NCBI GenBank assembly: GCA_945861645.1
Contig: CAMAVZ010000010.1
Span: 1 to 57,089 of the forward strand
Length of the DNA: 57,089 nucleotides
Direction: 5' to 3'
DNA from: Opitutus sp. GAS368
GTDB taxonomy: Bacteria > Verrucomicrobiota > Verrucomicrobiia > Opitutales > Opitutaceae
Made by a program: the position numbers and the translations under genes. The notes beneath the pieces were generated by a model. That model did no database searches. It was not told the origin of the DNA and was given only the letters and a program-made list of their open reading frames with translations. Within the stretch, counting starts at the first letter, position 1; each line of letters starts with the position of its first letter. Of this stretch, positions 41,357 to 49,790 are shown one piece after another.

Positions 41357-41839
41357 TTAGGCACTGGGGTAAACTTCGCGGAGTGCTTTCGCTACGTTGG
41401 GGGGCACAAATTTGCTGACGTCGCCGCCGAGCTTGGCGATCTGTTTGACGAGCGAGGAGCTCGTGTAGCTGTACGATTCGTTGGGCATGACGAAAATCGT
41501 TTCCACCTTGGGCTCGAGATGTCGGTTCATCAGGGCCATATTGAATTCAAATTCAAAATCGGATAGGGCGCGAAGGCCGCGGATGATGGCGTGAGCTTTT
41601 TGTTTGCGGGCGAATTTTACGAGCAGGCCGTCAAAGCTTACAACATCGACATTGGGCAGGCCCCGCAGATTAGCCTGAATTAACTGTACGCGCTGCTCCG
41701 GGGTGAAGAGCGGAGCCTTGGTGGAGTCGATGGCGATGGCGACGCGTACGTGGCCAAAGAGTTTCGCGGCGCGCGCGAGCACGTCGAGATGACCGTTGGT
41801 GAAGGGGTCGAAGGTTCCGGGATAAATGCAGAGTTTCAT
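41357..41839 (-). CDS. coaD: pantetheine-phosphate adenylyltransferase
   Basis: YPGTFDPFTNGHLD, RGLRALSDFEFE, SSSLVK. Confidence 0.97.
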   Translation of the reverse strand: MKLCIYPGTFDPFTNGHLDVLARAAKLFGHVRVAIAIDSTKAPLFTPEQRVQLIQANLRGLPNVDVVSFDGLLVKFARKQKAHAIIRGLRALSDFEFEFNMALMNRHLEPKVETIFVMPNESYSYTSSSLVKQIAKLGGDVSKFVPPNVAKALREVYPSA

Positions 41840-41973
41840 GCGTCGACGCTGCTAAGATTGCAGAGCGGGGGAAGATGGCGAGGAAGTTTTGCGTCTGACA
41901 CGGGGTTCGCCAGGGCCCCGTCATATCGCATCAAGATATTGCCAAGCAGAGCTCGGGTGTATCGACTGCCGAC

Positions 41974-42582
41974 ATGCGTTTCACTGTGGCCAACTGGATG
42001 ACTCTTTCCCGCGTTCCGGCGATGTTTGCGATCGTCTGGTTAATGAACGTCGATCGCGATTCCGGTTGGGGGGCGACGGTGGCTTTCTGGCTCTTCATTG
42101 CCGCGGCGCTCACGGATTGGTTTGATGGCATGATTGCACGAGCGCGCGGCGAGGTTTCATCCTTTGGACGATTTATGGATGCGGTGATCGATAAAGTGAT
42201 GGTGATGGGCCTGATGATTGCGCTGGTCGTTGGAAATTATTTTATGGGTTACGCGAACTTCGCAATGCTGTTGCTGCTGGGCATGCTCGGTCGCGAATTT
42301 TTAGTTTCAGGCATGCGCATGGCCGCGGCCACGAAGGGACTCGTGGTGGAGGCGGATCAAAGCGGCAAGGTGAAGACCTTCGTACAGCTTAACGCGATCG
42401 GGTGGTTACTGGGAGCGCGGATGATGAGCCAAGATTATGGTCACCTGTTTTCCGCTACCGATCGTTGGATTATCAGTGGAATCCACTGGATTGGCATGGG
42501 GCTTTATGGCCTTGCGGCCGTGCTGACGATTACTTCGGGGATTTCTTATTTCCGCCGGCATGGGCACGTGGTGCTGGAATAA
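41974..42582 (+). CDS. pgsA: CDP-alcohol phosphatidyltransferase (PgsA-like)
   Basis: ANWMTLSR, TDWFDG.IAR...S.FG.FMD..IDK, GKVKT. Confidence 0.88.
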   Translation: MRFTVANWMTLSRVPAMFAIVWLMNVDRDSGWGATVAFWLFIAAALTDWFDGMIARARGEVSSFGRFMDAVIDKVMVMGLMIALVVGNYFMGYANFAMLLLLGMLGREFLVSGMRMAAATKGLVVEADQSGKVKTFVQLNAIGWLLGARMMSQDYGHLFSATDRWIISGIHWIGMGLYGLAAVLTITSGISYFRRHGHVVLE

Positions 42583-42586
42583 GCTA

Positions 42587-43087
42587 ATGAAATTGCCTTC
42601 GCCGCAGTGGCCGCGAATTTTGCCGACTCGCTTCGTGGTCGGCCTCGCTACGCTGGGTCCGCTCGGGGTGAAGCTGCCCGCTCCCGGTACTTGGGGTTCA
42701 TTGGCGGGCTTACTTTATTTTACCGTCATTTTTTATCCGCTGGGGCTGGTGAGTACGCTGTTGCTGACGGGGGTCGGACTTTATTTCGCCGTAGCTTTCT
42801 GTGGTGAAGCCGCTGAACGCATGGGCCGGAAAGATCCGGGTGAAATAATTTTGGATGAATTCGCTGCCATGCCCTTGTGCTTTCTCGGGTGGCGCAACCT
42901 CGGTTGGTCGCCTTGGCTTATTCTTGTCACTGGGTTCGCGCTCTTTCGGCTCTATGATATTGCGAAGCCTTTCGGCATACGCCGACTGCAGAGTTGGCCG
43001 GCGGGGTGGGGAATTGTCGTGGACGACGTAGCCGCGGCGCTCGCTACTTGCGCGACGTTGCATCTCGGCGCGTGGCTTATGCGCTGA
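42587..43087 (+). CDS. pgpA: phosphatidylglycerophosphatase A
   Basis: APGTWGSL, DPGEIILDE, FRLYDIAKP, GIVVDDVAA. Confidence 0.92.
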   Translation: MKLPSPQWPRILPTRFVVGLATLGPLGVKLPAPGTWGSLAGLLYFTVIFYPLGLVSTLLLTGVGLYFAVAFCGEAAERMGRKDPGEIILDEFAAMPLCFLGWRNLGWSPWLILVTGFALFRLYDIAKPFGIRRLQSWPAGWGIVVDDVAAALATCATLHLGAWLMR

Positions 43088-43191
43088 GGGAAAATTTCGC
43101 GGATCCGATCTAGATTAAATCCTAAAACCTATGGCTTGGGTTAGAGGTAAGGGGTTATCGGTTATAGGGCCGATCCTCCGCGCGCGAAGCG

Positions 43192-43241
43192 AGTTTAAGT
43201 CCGAACCCTTCGCGTTACTTCGCGCCCTTCGCGGTTAAAAA
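43192..43241 (-). repeat. intergenic repeat family copy A
   Basis: reverse complement TTTTTAACCGCGAAGGGCGCGAAGTAACGCGAAGGGTTCGGACTTAAAC matches copy C. Confidence 0.85.
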
Positions 43242-43294
43242 TGCGTTGGATCGATTATGCACCTTTTGTGGCAAGCGCACCCCAGGATTAAGAT

Positions 43295-44230
43295 TTATTT
43301 CGCGGCGGCGGCGCTGGATGCTCTTTTCCCGCGCCACCAACGACTGAGACTGAAATCACCGCGAATTTTCCCGCCGCTATCGACGCGGGTGCCATCCGGG
43401 CCTTGCGTGATTTTAACACTGAGGCCAAATAACCATCGGCCGGGTGAATTAAAGGTAAGTTTGCGGGGTAAATCCCAAGCGAAGCCGGGCTTCACAAAAA
43501 CGTATTGCTGATTATCGCGCCCAATTAACGAGGTGGTTTGCAGGCCTGTTTCCAGCGTGTAATGATAGGGAAAACGATCGAGCACGAAGCCCGTGCCTAA
43601 AATGAGTGAACTGCTGTGGGCGTCATTTTGGCGAAAACTACCCGTGACCGAAGATTTTGTCATTAGGTCGGCGGTGCCACTGAAAAAATATCTGAGACCG
43701 AGAGTATCCGGGCTTGGACGGGAGAGTACCAAGGAGGGGGTGTAGTGGTTGTAGCCATCGGTCATGTCGAGCGGGGGAGCTCCCACCGGCAGGCGAACAT
43801 TGAGACCGACGCTCGCGTCGTAGTCGGTTTGCAGCCAGCGACGGTAGACGTATTTTCCGCCGAATTGAACCTTGCCGATACCATTGCCTGGGGAACCGCG
43901 GCGTAGGCCGTGTTCAATATAGGGTTCGACCGTGGCGGTCATTTCGACGTGATCATTAACTCCCCAGCGAAAACCAAGGGGAAGCCGTACATAGCTACGG
44001 CGAATAAAATCCCCCATGTGAGGATGCATGATGAACCGCACGGAACCTTTCTTCTCGGTCTTAGGCAGATCGGTATCAAAAATTCCACTGATCTTGCGCA
44101 TCGCGTGCTGATCCTCTGGGTCTTGAAGGGGTAACATCCGCTCCACCTCCGCATGGGTTGCACCGCTAATGACCAGGCTGATCAGGAATAGGCGGGCGGG
44201 CTGCTTGTAGGCGAGAGCGAGCATGGCCAT
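43295..44230 (-). CDS. hypothetical exported protein, predicted outer-membrane beta-barrel-like
   Basis: signal-peptide-like N-terminus, alternating aromatic beta-strands; paralog of the adjacent gene. Confidence 0.7.
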   Translation of the reverse strand: MAMLALAYKQPARLFLISLVISGATHAEVERMLPLQDPEDQHAMRKISGIFDTDLPKTEKKGSVRFIMHPHMGDFIRRSYVRLPLGFRWGVNDHVEMTATVEPYIEHGLRRGSPGNGIGKVQFGGKYVYRRWLQTDYDASVGLNVRLPVGAPPLDMTDGYNHYTPSLVLSRPSPDTLGLRYFFSGTADLMTKSSVTGSFRQNDAHSSSLILGTGFVLDRFPYHYTLETGLQTTSLIGRDNQQYVFVKPGFAWDLPRKLTFNSPGRWLFGLSVKITQGPDGTRVDSGGKIRGDFSLSRWWRGKRASSAAAAK

Positions 44231-44281
44231 GGGGATAACGGAGAGAACCTCGCCTGCGCGAATGAAAAAGCTGTTCGGCTA

Positions 44282-45187
44282 CTAAAAAGTATGACTGCGC
44301 ACGGTGGCAATCACTTGGCGGAAGGTAATCTCGGCGCGGACCCGCGAGTTGAGCGTGATAGCATAGCCGTCTGGGCCCCACGACATCGGCGTGCCGACTC
44401 CAATGAGCCATTGGGTTTTGGTGTTAAAAAGCTAATTTCTTTGGCACGTACCAGAGTACACCGGGCCGGAGGTAAAAAAATGCTCAGCGCGGCTGCCGAT
44501 CAAAGCGGTCGTGGTATAGGTGCCGGCCAGCGTCCATTTAATTTGGCCTAAATCATAAACCCCGCCGAGTGTCACGGAGGAGGAATCGTCGTGGGGTTGA
44601 TTAATCTGCATCGCCCCAGCTTTGCCACTCGGGCTAATGGCATCGAGCGAGAGTTCGGTGAAGATGGTGAGATGTCGATTATTGGGAGAGTGACGCTGGA
44701 TGATTACGCTTGGGGTGATGTGTTGGTAGCCGTCACTTAAATCAATGGGGCGCTGGGTCAGCGGTTGCGTGACGCTCAGGTTGGCGCTCGCTTCAAAATC
44801 GGGCGGTAACCATTCGTGGATTAAATATTTTAGACCATAGCGGAGCTCACCGATGCCGTTGCCGGTTGCTTGCTCGCCAAAGCCGTGCGTGAGAAAGGCG
44901 GCGCCTTCCGTGCTAAATTCGACATGGTCATTTAAGGTCCAGCGGAAGCCCACGTCGGTGCGGACGTAATCACGGCGCACCAAATCACTGATATGCGGGT
45001 AGAGGATGAACTTGACCGTGCCGGGCGGGTCGAGCTGCGGCAGCTCGATATCAAAAAGCCCGCGGATTCGTGAGAGAAAGGGCCGCGTCAGTGCTGGCGA
45101 GCCAGGGTTGGCCAACCCGGGTTCCTGCGCCCAAGAGCAGAGGGCGAGGGTGTTGAGATAAAATATAATCCACCGACATAAACGCAT
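44282..45187 (-). pseudogene. paralog of 43295-44230 interrupted by two compensating frameshifts
   Basis: shares GLFD..LP....G.V.FI..PH..D..RR.YVR...GFRW..NDHVE with neighbour; TAG at 44432-44434, homology resumes in the same frame to TAG at 44282. Confidence 0.7.
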
Positions 45188-45192
45188 AGGAA

Positions 45193-45705
45193 TTAAGGCA
45201 GCCGCAATAAGCGCTCGAACGGCACTCGCACGAGTAGGCCCTGTTGCAGCACGTCTACTGAAACCACAATTCCCTGAGGGTTCGCGGGATCATCGACATA
45301 ACCTTCTAAACCATGCAGCGGGCCGCCTTGGACGCGGACGTGCGTTCCTTTCTTCATGAGAGGGTGCAGCGTGGCCTCTAGGCCGGAAGCACAGATTAAT
45401 TTAACCGCTTCAAGCTGGCTCAAAAAAGCGGCTTCATTTTCCACCCACATGGCGCGGACCAGCAAATCCTGCTGATAAATCCGGTCTTTGCGTTCGGGGG
45501 CTAATTGACAGAAAACGTAGCCCGCAAACAGCGGCTTAGTGAATGTTTTTTTCTGCGTGCCGTAGTGTCGGATGCTCTGAAGCAGAGGGAGGTAGTGGGC
45601 GAATTTCTCCGCCTTCAGCAAGGCCGCGAATTTCTTTTCACACCGTGGTTTGGTGTGGCAGGCGAACCAGCGGGGCGCGGCGAAATCAGGCAGGTGTTGG
45701 CCCAT
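45193..45705 (-). CDS. NusG-family paralog (RfaH/UpxY-like antiterminator)
   Basis: WFACHTKPRCEKK, YLPL, KPLFAGYVF (NGN domain); G.HVRVQGGPLHGLEG (KOW domain). Confidence 0.88.
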   Translation of the reverse strand: MGQHLPDFAAPRWFACHTKPRCEKKFAALLKAEKFAHYLPLLQSIRHYGTQKKTFTKPLFAGYVFCQLAPERKDRIYQQDLLVRAMWVENEAAFLSQLEAVKLICASGLEATLHPLMKKGTHVRVQGGPLHGLEGYVDDPANPQGIVVSVDVLQQGLLVRVPFERLLRLP

Positions 45706-45763
45706 AATGGTGAAAGTGGGCCGAGGGAAACTTCGACCGCGAATGTGCGCAGATGGCGGCGCT

Positions 45764-46195
45764 TTACAGTTTAGCGAGCAGTCGCAGCGCGGCGAGGTAG
45801 CCGGGGAAGCCCTGGCCGGAGATCAGGTCGATGCATGCCCCCGCGGTCATGGAGTGGTGGCGAAATTTCTCCCGCTTCTTGATGTCCGAAATATGAACTT
45901 CCACCGCGGGTAATCCGCTCGCCGCGATAGCATCCCGCAAGGCGATGCTGGTATGCGAGTAAGCGCCAAAATTGACCACGAAGGCCTCCGTGCCGCGATC
46001 GGTGAGCGCATGGATTTTATCGACCAGCGCGCCTTCATGAGCGGATTGGAAAAAGGTAATCGTAAAACCGATTTTCTTCGCCTCGGCGCGGATCATCTTC
46101 TCGAGGTCTTTGAGCGTAGCTGTGCCGTAAATGGCCGGCTGGCGGCGGCCAAGGCGGTCAAGATTAGGCCCGTGGAGAATAGCAATTTTTTTCAT
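45764..46195 (-). CDS. aroQ: type II 3-dehydroquinate dehydratase
   Basis: HGPNLDRLGRRQP.IYG, QSAHEG, HTSIALRDA, EVHIS..REKFRHHS. Confidence 0.95.
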   Translation of the reverse strand: MKKIAILHGPNLDRLGRRQPAIYGTATLKDLEKMIRAEAKKIGFTITFFQSAHEGALVDKIHALTDRGTEAFVVNFGAYSHTSIALRDAIAASGLPAVEVHISDIKKREKFRHHSMTAGACIDLISGQGFPGYLAALRLLAKL

Positions 46196-46270
46196 CGATA
46201 GAGTGGGTTACGAAACGTACGAATCGGCCAAAGGGGAAGATTCTTTTCACGCGACGGCACGTTGCTGATT

Positions 46271-47023
46271 TTAGAGCGGGTTGTCGGTTTCAATAAATTC
46301 CCAAGGCAGGCGAAATTTTTTGGCCAGCTCAGCCGCCAAGGCTTTCACCCCATGCATCTCGGTCGCGTAATGGCCGCAGCAAATCAGATTCAAATGATTT
46401 TCCTGCGCGTAGTTGAACCATTCCTCGCGCAATTCCCCCGTGATGAGGGTGTCGACGCCAGCAGCAATTAATTGAGGGACCGCACTATTGCCGCTACCTG
46501 AGCAAAAGCCCACCTGCTTGGGGACGGCGGGACCGCAGTCAATCGTGACGACGCGTGGATAGAGTTCTTCCAGCCGCGCACAAAGTTGGGCGCGTTTGAG
46601 TTTATTGGCCGCAATCCAGCCGATGGGTTCGCCCTCTTGGAAGAGAAAGGGTCGACGGGCTTTTAAGCCCAATTGCCGTGCGAGCAGGACGTTATTGCCA
46701 ATCTCTTCATGCGCATCGAGGGGAAGGTGACTCGCGTAGACGGCGCAGTTGCCGCGGATGAGCGCGGCATAGCGCTCATAAATGGGCCCCGTCACTGGCT
46801 GCACCCCGCCCCAAAAAATGCCGTGATGCACGATCAGAAAATCCACACCGCTCTCAACCGCTTGCTCGAAGGGGATGCGGCCGGCATCAACTGCCGCCCC
46901 GATTTTAGTTACTCGGCCATCGTTGGCGACTTGCAGGCCATTGTGCGAACCGGGGAAATCTTTGAAAGCCGAACGCCGAGTGCGTTTATCACAATAATCG
47001 ACGAGTTGTTTGAGCGAAGCCAT
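46271..47023 (-). CDS. Nif3-like dinuclear metal-centre protein (YbgI/DUF34)
   Basis: NGLQV, VHHG, SHLPLDAH..GNN, ITGE, GHYATE. Confidence 0.92.
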   Translation of the reverse strand: MASLKQLVDYCDKRTRRSAFKDFPGSHNGLQVANDGRVTKIGAAVDAGRIPFEQAVESGVDFLIVHHGIFWGGVQPVTGPIYERYAALIRGNCAVYASHLPLDAHEEIGNNVLLARQLGLKARRPFLFQEGEPIGWIAANKLKRAQLCARLEELYPRVVTIDCGPAVPKQVGFCSGSGNSAVPQLIAAGVDTLITGELREEWFNYAQENHLNLICCGHYATEMHGVKALAAELAKKFRLPWEFIETDNPL

Positions 47024-47072
47024 GTCCCAGCTTGGGGGGCGAGCAGGCCGCGTGCAAGCCGTCGGTGCAGGC

Positions 47073-47140
47073 GGCATGTTTAAATTCCGAACCTTCGCGT
47101 CCTTCGCGGTTTAAAAGCTGTCTTGGCCGAACTTAAAACT
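47073..47140 (-). repeat. intergenic repeat family copy B
   Basis: reverse complement AGTTTTAAGTTCGGCCAAGACAGCTTTTAAACCGCGAAGGACGCGAAGGTTCGGAATTTAAACATGCC is near-identical to copy C. Confidence 0.9.
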
Positions 47141-47193
47141 AAGCACCGCTGTTCCCCCTTGCCAGTGGCGCGATGATTCCCACCGTTAACGCC

Positions 47194-47670
47194 ATGGCCG
47201 CTAGTAAAAAAAGTCCGATCGATCTTATTGCGCAAGCCACCGAAACTTTTCCGCATCGTCCCAGCTGGGATGAGTATTTTATGGCGACTGCGAAGCTGAT
47301 CGCTTCGCGGTCAAATTGCGAACGCCTCAACGTGGGGTGCGTCATCGTTACGGGTGGCGAGCGCAAGAATCGCATCGTGGCCGCAGGTTATAATGGTTAT
47401 CTGCCGGGAACTCCGCACACGGCTCGCGTGCGCGATGGCCATGAACAGGCGACGGTTCATGCCGAGCAAAATGCGGTGGCGGATGCGGCGCGACGCGGCT
47501 CAAGTGTCGAAGGCTGCGTGGCCTACGTGACGCACTATCCCTGTATTAATTGTGCGAAGATTCTCGCGGCCGCGGGCATCTCGGCGATTCGCTTTCATGA
47601 GAATTATCACAATGATTCTTTGGTCGCACCCATCTTAAAAGATGCCGGCGTTAAAATTAAAAAACTGTGA
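47194..47670 (+). CDS. dCMP deaminase (ComEB family)
   Basis: RPSWDEYFM, RSNC...VG, GYNG, HAEQNA, PCINC. Confidence 0.92.
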   Translation: MAASKKSPIDLIAQATETFPHRPSWDEYFMATAKLIASRSNCERLNVGCVIVTGGERKNRIVAAGYNGYLPGTPHTARVRDGHEQATVHAEQNAVADAARRGSSVEGCVAYVTHYPCINCAKILAAAGISAIRFHENYHNDSLVAPILKDAGVKIKKL

Positions 47671-47745
47671 GGCTGCGCAGCGCCGACGCAGGATGCGTTG
47701 GTGAAAAAAAATCCGGCAAATTTTCAGTCCCTCTCCATCATCGTC

Positions 47746-48309
47746 ATGAAAGAACGTCGCCTCGGACGAAAGCCCCCGTGTCTCGCCGGCCAATTGTTGT
47801 TGGCGGCACCAGCGCTGCGTGACCCAAATTTTAAGCGCAGTGTTATTTTGCTTTCGGCCCATAGCCCCGAGGGCGCCATGGGGGTGGTGCTCAATCGACC
47901 GCTTAAGCGTCAATTGGCAGAATTGAATGAGACTTTCGCTCGCGGGCCGCTCGCGGGCGTTCCCCTTTATTGCGGTGGTCCGGTCGAACCGGAGCAATTG
48001 ATCATTGTTTCATGGCAGTGGCTCAAAGCGGAAAATGCCTTTCAGCTGCATTTTGGGATCGACCCAGAAAAGGCGGGGGAACTGATCGGCACTCCGGGTC
48101 TGACACTGCGCGCATTTTTGGGCTATGCGGGCTGGACCAAAGGACAGTTGGAAAATGAAATGAAGCAAGAGACCTGGCTCACTACTGGGGTGGAAGGTCG
48201 GCAACTCGATGATGCGGATGGGATTACGCTTTGGCGGAATTTACTGTGTGAACACGACCCCGAGCTCCGATTTCTCGCCAATGAGCCGGATGATCCATCG
48301 GTAAATTAG
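47746..48309 (+). CDS. YqgE/AlgH family protein
   Basis: LLLAAP.L.DPNF.RSVI, GAMGVVLNRP, GGPV, GYAGW..GQLE.E. Confidence 0.92.
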   Translation: MKERRLGRKPPCLAGQLLLAAPALRDPNFKRSVILLSAHSPEGAMGVVLNRPLKRQLAELNETFARGPLAGVPLYCGGPVEPEQLIIVSWQWLKAENAFQLHFGIDPEKAGELIGTPGLTLRAFLGYAGWTKGQLENEMKQETWLTTGVEGRQLDDADGITLWRNLLCEHDPELRFLANEPDDPSVN

Positions 48310-48419
48310 CGACCGCCAAGCTTGTGCATGAGCCTTGGCTCGCCGTGACTTGGGTTAGCGCATCGCAAAATCTTTTGTTTTGACAGGGGGTGCGGCGGTC
48401 ATCTTCTTTCCTGTCTTTT

Positions 48420-48545
48420 ATGAAAGTCGTCTCCTCCATCAAATCCGCCAAAGTACGTCACCCGGCTTGCCAGGTGGTCCGTCGTAAAGGGCGCATCTAC
48501 GTCATCAATAAAGTCGAGCCGCGCTACAAGGCGCGCCAAGGCTGA
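48420..48545 (+). CDS. rpmJ: 50S ribosomal protein L36, type B (Zn-free)
   Basis: own translation [41 protein letters not shown]; too short for the ORF track. Confidence 0.95.
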   Translation: MKVVSSIKSAKVRHPACQVVRRKGRIYVINKVEPRYKARQG

Positions 48546-48563
48546 CCTAAACCCACTTTTACC

Positions 48564-48818
48564 GTGAAGACCGAAGGCCATCCAGCTCTCAACCACGTCT
48601 GTTTCCTTGATATCGGAACGGGCAAGAAATTTCTGACCAAATCCACGATGAAATCCGCTCGTTCCGAGAAGATCGACGGGCTCGATTATTTCGTGATCGT
48701 ACGCGACGTTACCATGGACTCGCATCCTGCCTTTACCGGTGAGAAGCGCATGGTCGACACGGCCGGCCGCGTCGAGAAGTTCACCAACAAGTTCAAGCGC
48801 GCGACAAAGGTCAAATAA
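48564..48818 (+). CDS. rpmE: 50S ribosomal protein L31, type B (Zn-free)
   Basis: MK...HP...V.F.D..TG..FLT.ST...DV...SHP.FTG.KR.VDTAGRVEKF; no CxC/CxxC zinc motif. Confidence 0.93.
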   Translation: MKTEGHPALNHVCFLDIGTGKKFLTKSTMKSARSEKIDGLDYFVIVRDVTMDSHPAFTGEKRMVDTAGRVEKFTNKFKRATKVK

Positions 48819-48841
48819 GACCTCGCCCCTTGAGCGATCCG

Positions 48842-48869
48842 AAGCCCTCCCATCGCGGAGGGTTTTTTT
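48842..48869 (+). terminator. intrinsic terminator after L36-L31
   Basis: AAGCCCTCC-catcgc-GGAGGGTTT followed by T-run. Confidence 0.85.
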
Positions 48870-48957
48870 ATGCCCAGCTCCGGGGGCCTTGATCTAGCCA
48901 CAAAAAGCACAGCAAGCGCAGTCGGGAAAAATTGGAAATATAGAAAACCTGGTGCTG

Positions 48958-49055
48958 GTTTTAAGATTTAAGGGGTAAGTTTTAAGTTCGGCCCAGACAG
49001 CTTTTTAACCGCGAAGGGCGCGAAGTGACGCGAAGGTTCGGAGCTTAAACATGCC
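48958..49055 (+). repeat. intergenic repeat family copy C (reference orientation)
   Basis: TTTAAGGGGTAAGTTTTAAGTTCGGCCCAGACAGCTTTTTAACCGCGAAGGGCGCGAAGTGACGCGAAGGTTCGGAGCTTAAACATGCC. Confidence 0.9.
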
Positions 49056-49124
49056 TCCCGCACTCGCGCGCTAGGAGGCGTGACCGTCTTTTTCGATTAA
49101 AAGTACTTTCCACGGGCCGGTTCC

Positions 49125-49790
49125 GTGTGTTCCGTAGCTCTCGTGGTTACGTCGCCGAAACTTGCTATTTTTGACTGCGATTCAACGCTCAGCGCGATTG
49201 AGGGCATTGATGAATTGGCGCGGTTGCGGGGGCCGGCGCTGTTTGCACAAGTTGAGGCCCAGACCTCCGCGGCCATGGAAGGTAAAATTCCGGTCGAGGA
49301 AGTCTTTGGCCGGCGGCTCGCCTTGATTCGTCCACATCGCACTGAAGTGCAGCAAATCGGACAGCTCTATATTCAGCACATCGAACCGACCGCACGGGCG
49401 ACTATCGCCGCGCTCAAAGCAGCTGGTTGGACGCCCCTCATTCTTAGTGGGGGATTTACGCCGGTCATCGCGCCGCTGGCGGCTTACCTCGGAATTACCC
49501 AGATCGAGGCGGTCGATTTATATTTTGGGTCCGACGGCAGCTATGCCGGCTTCGATGAAAAATTTCCTTCTACGCGCTCCGGGGGCAAGCCCATCCGCAT
49601 TGCGGCGCTGCGTCAGGCGCTGCAACCAAGTCGGATTGTGATGGTGGGGGACGGCGTCAGCGATCTTGAGACCAAGCCCGTCGTGGATCTCTTCGTTGGC
49701 TTTGGCCGCTACACGGTGCGCGAGCGCGTGCGCGTGGAGGCTCATGCGTTTATCAAAAGCTTAGCGGAACTGCCGGCACTACTCGCATGA
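49125..49790 (+). CDS. HAD-IB family phosphatase, phosphoserine phosphatase-like
   Basis: FDCDSTL..IEGIDELA, LSGGF, GGK, VGDGVSD; start uncertain (49143 possible). Confidence 0.85.
   Translation: MCSVALVVTSPKLAIFDCDSTLSAIEGIDELARLRGPALFAQVEAQTSAAMEGKIPVEEVFGRRLALIRPHRTEVQQIGQLYIQHIEPTARATIAALKAAGWTPLILSGGFTPVIAPLAAYLGITQIEAVDLYFGSDGSYAGFDEKFPSTRSGGKPIRIAALRQALQPSRIVMVGDGVSDLETKPVVDLFVGFGRYTVRERVRVEAHAFIKSLAELPALLA

Noticed and set aside
48399-48725. 108-aa minus-strand ORF
   Set aside because: Antisense to L36/L31
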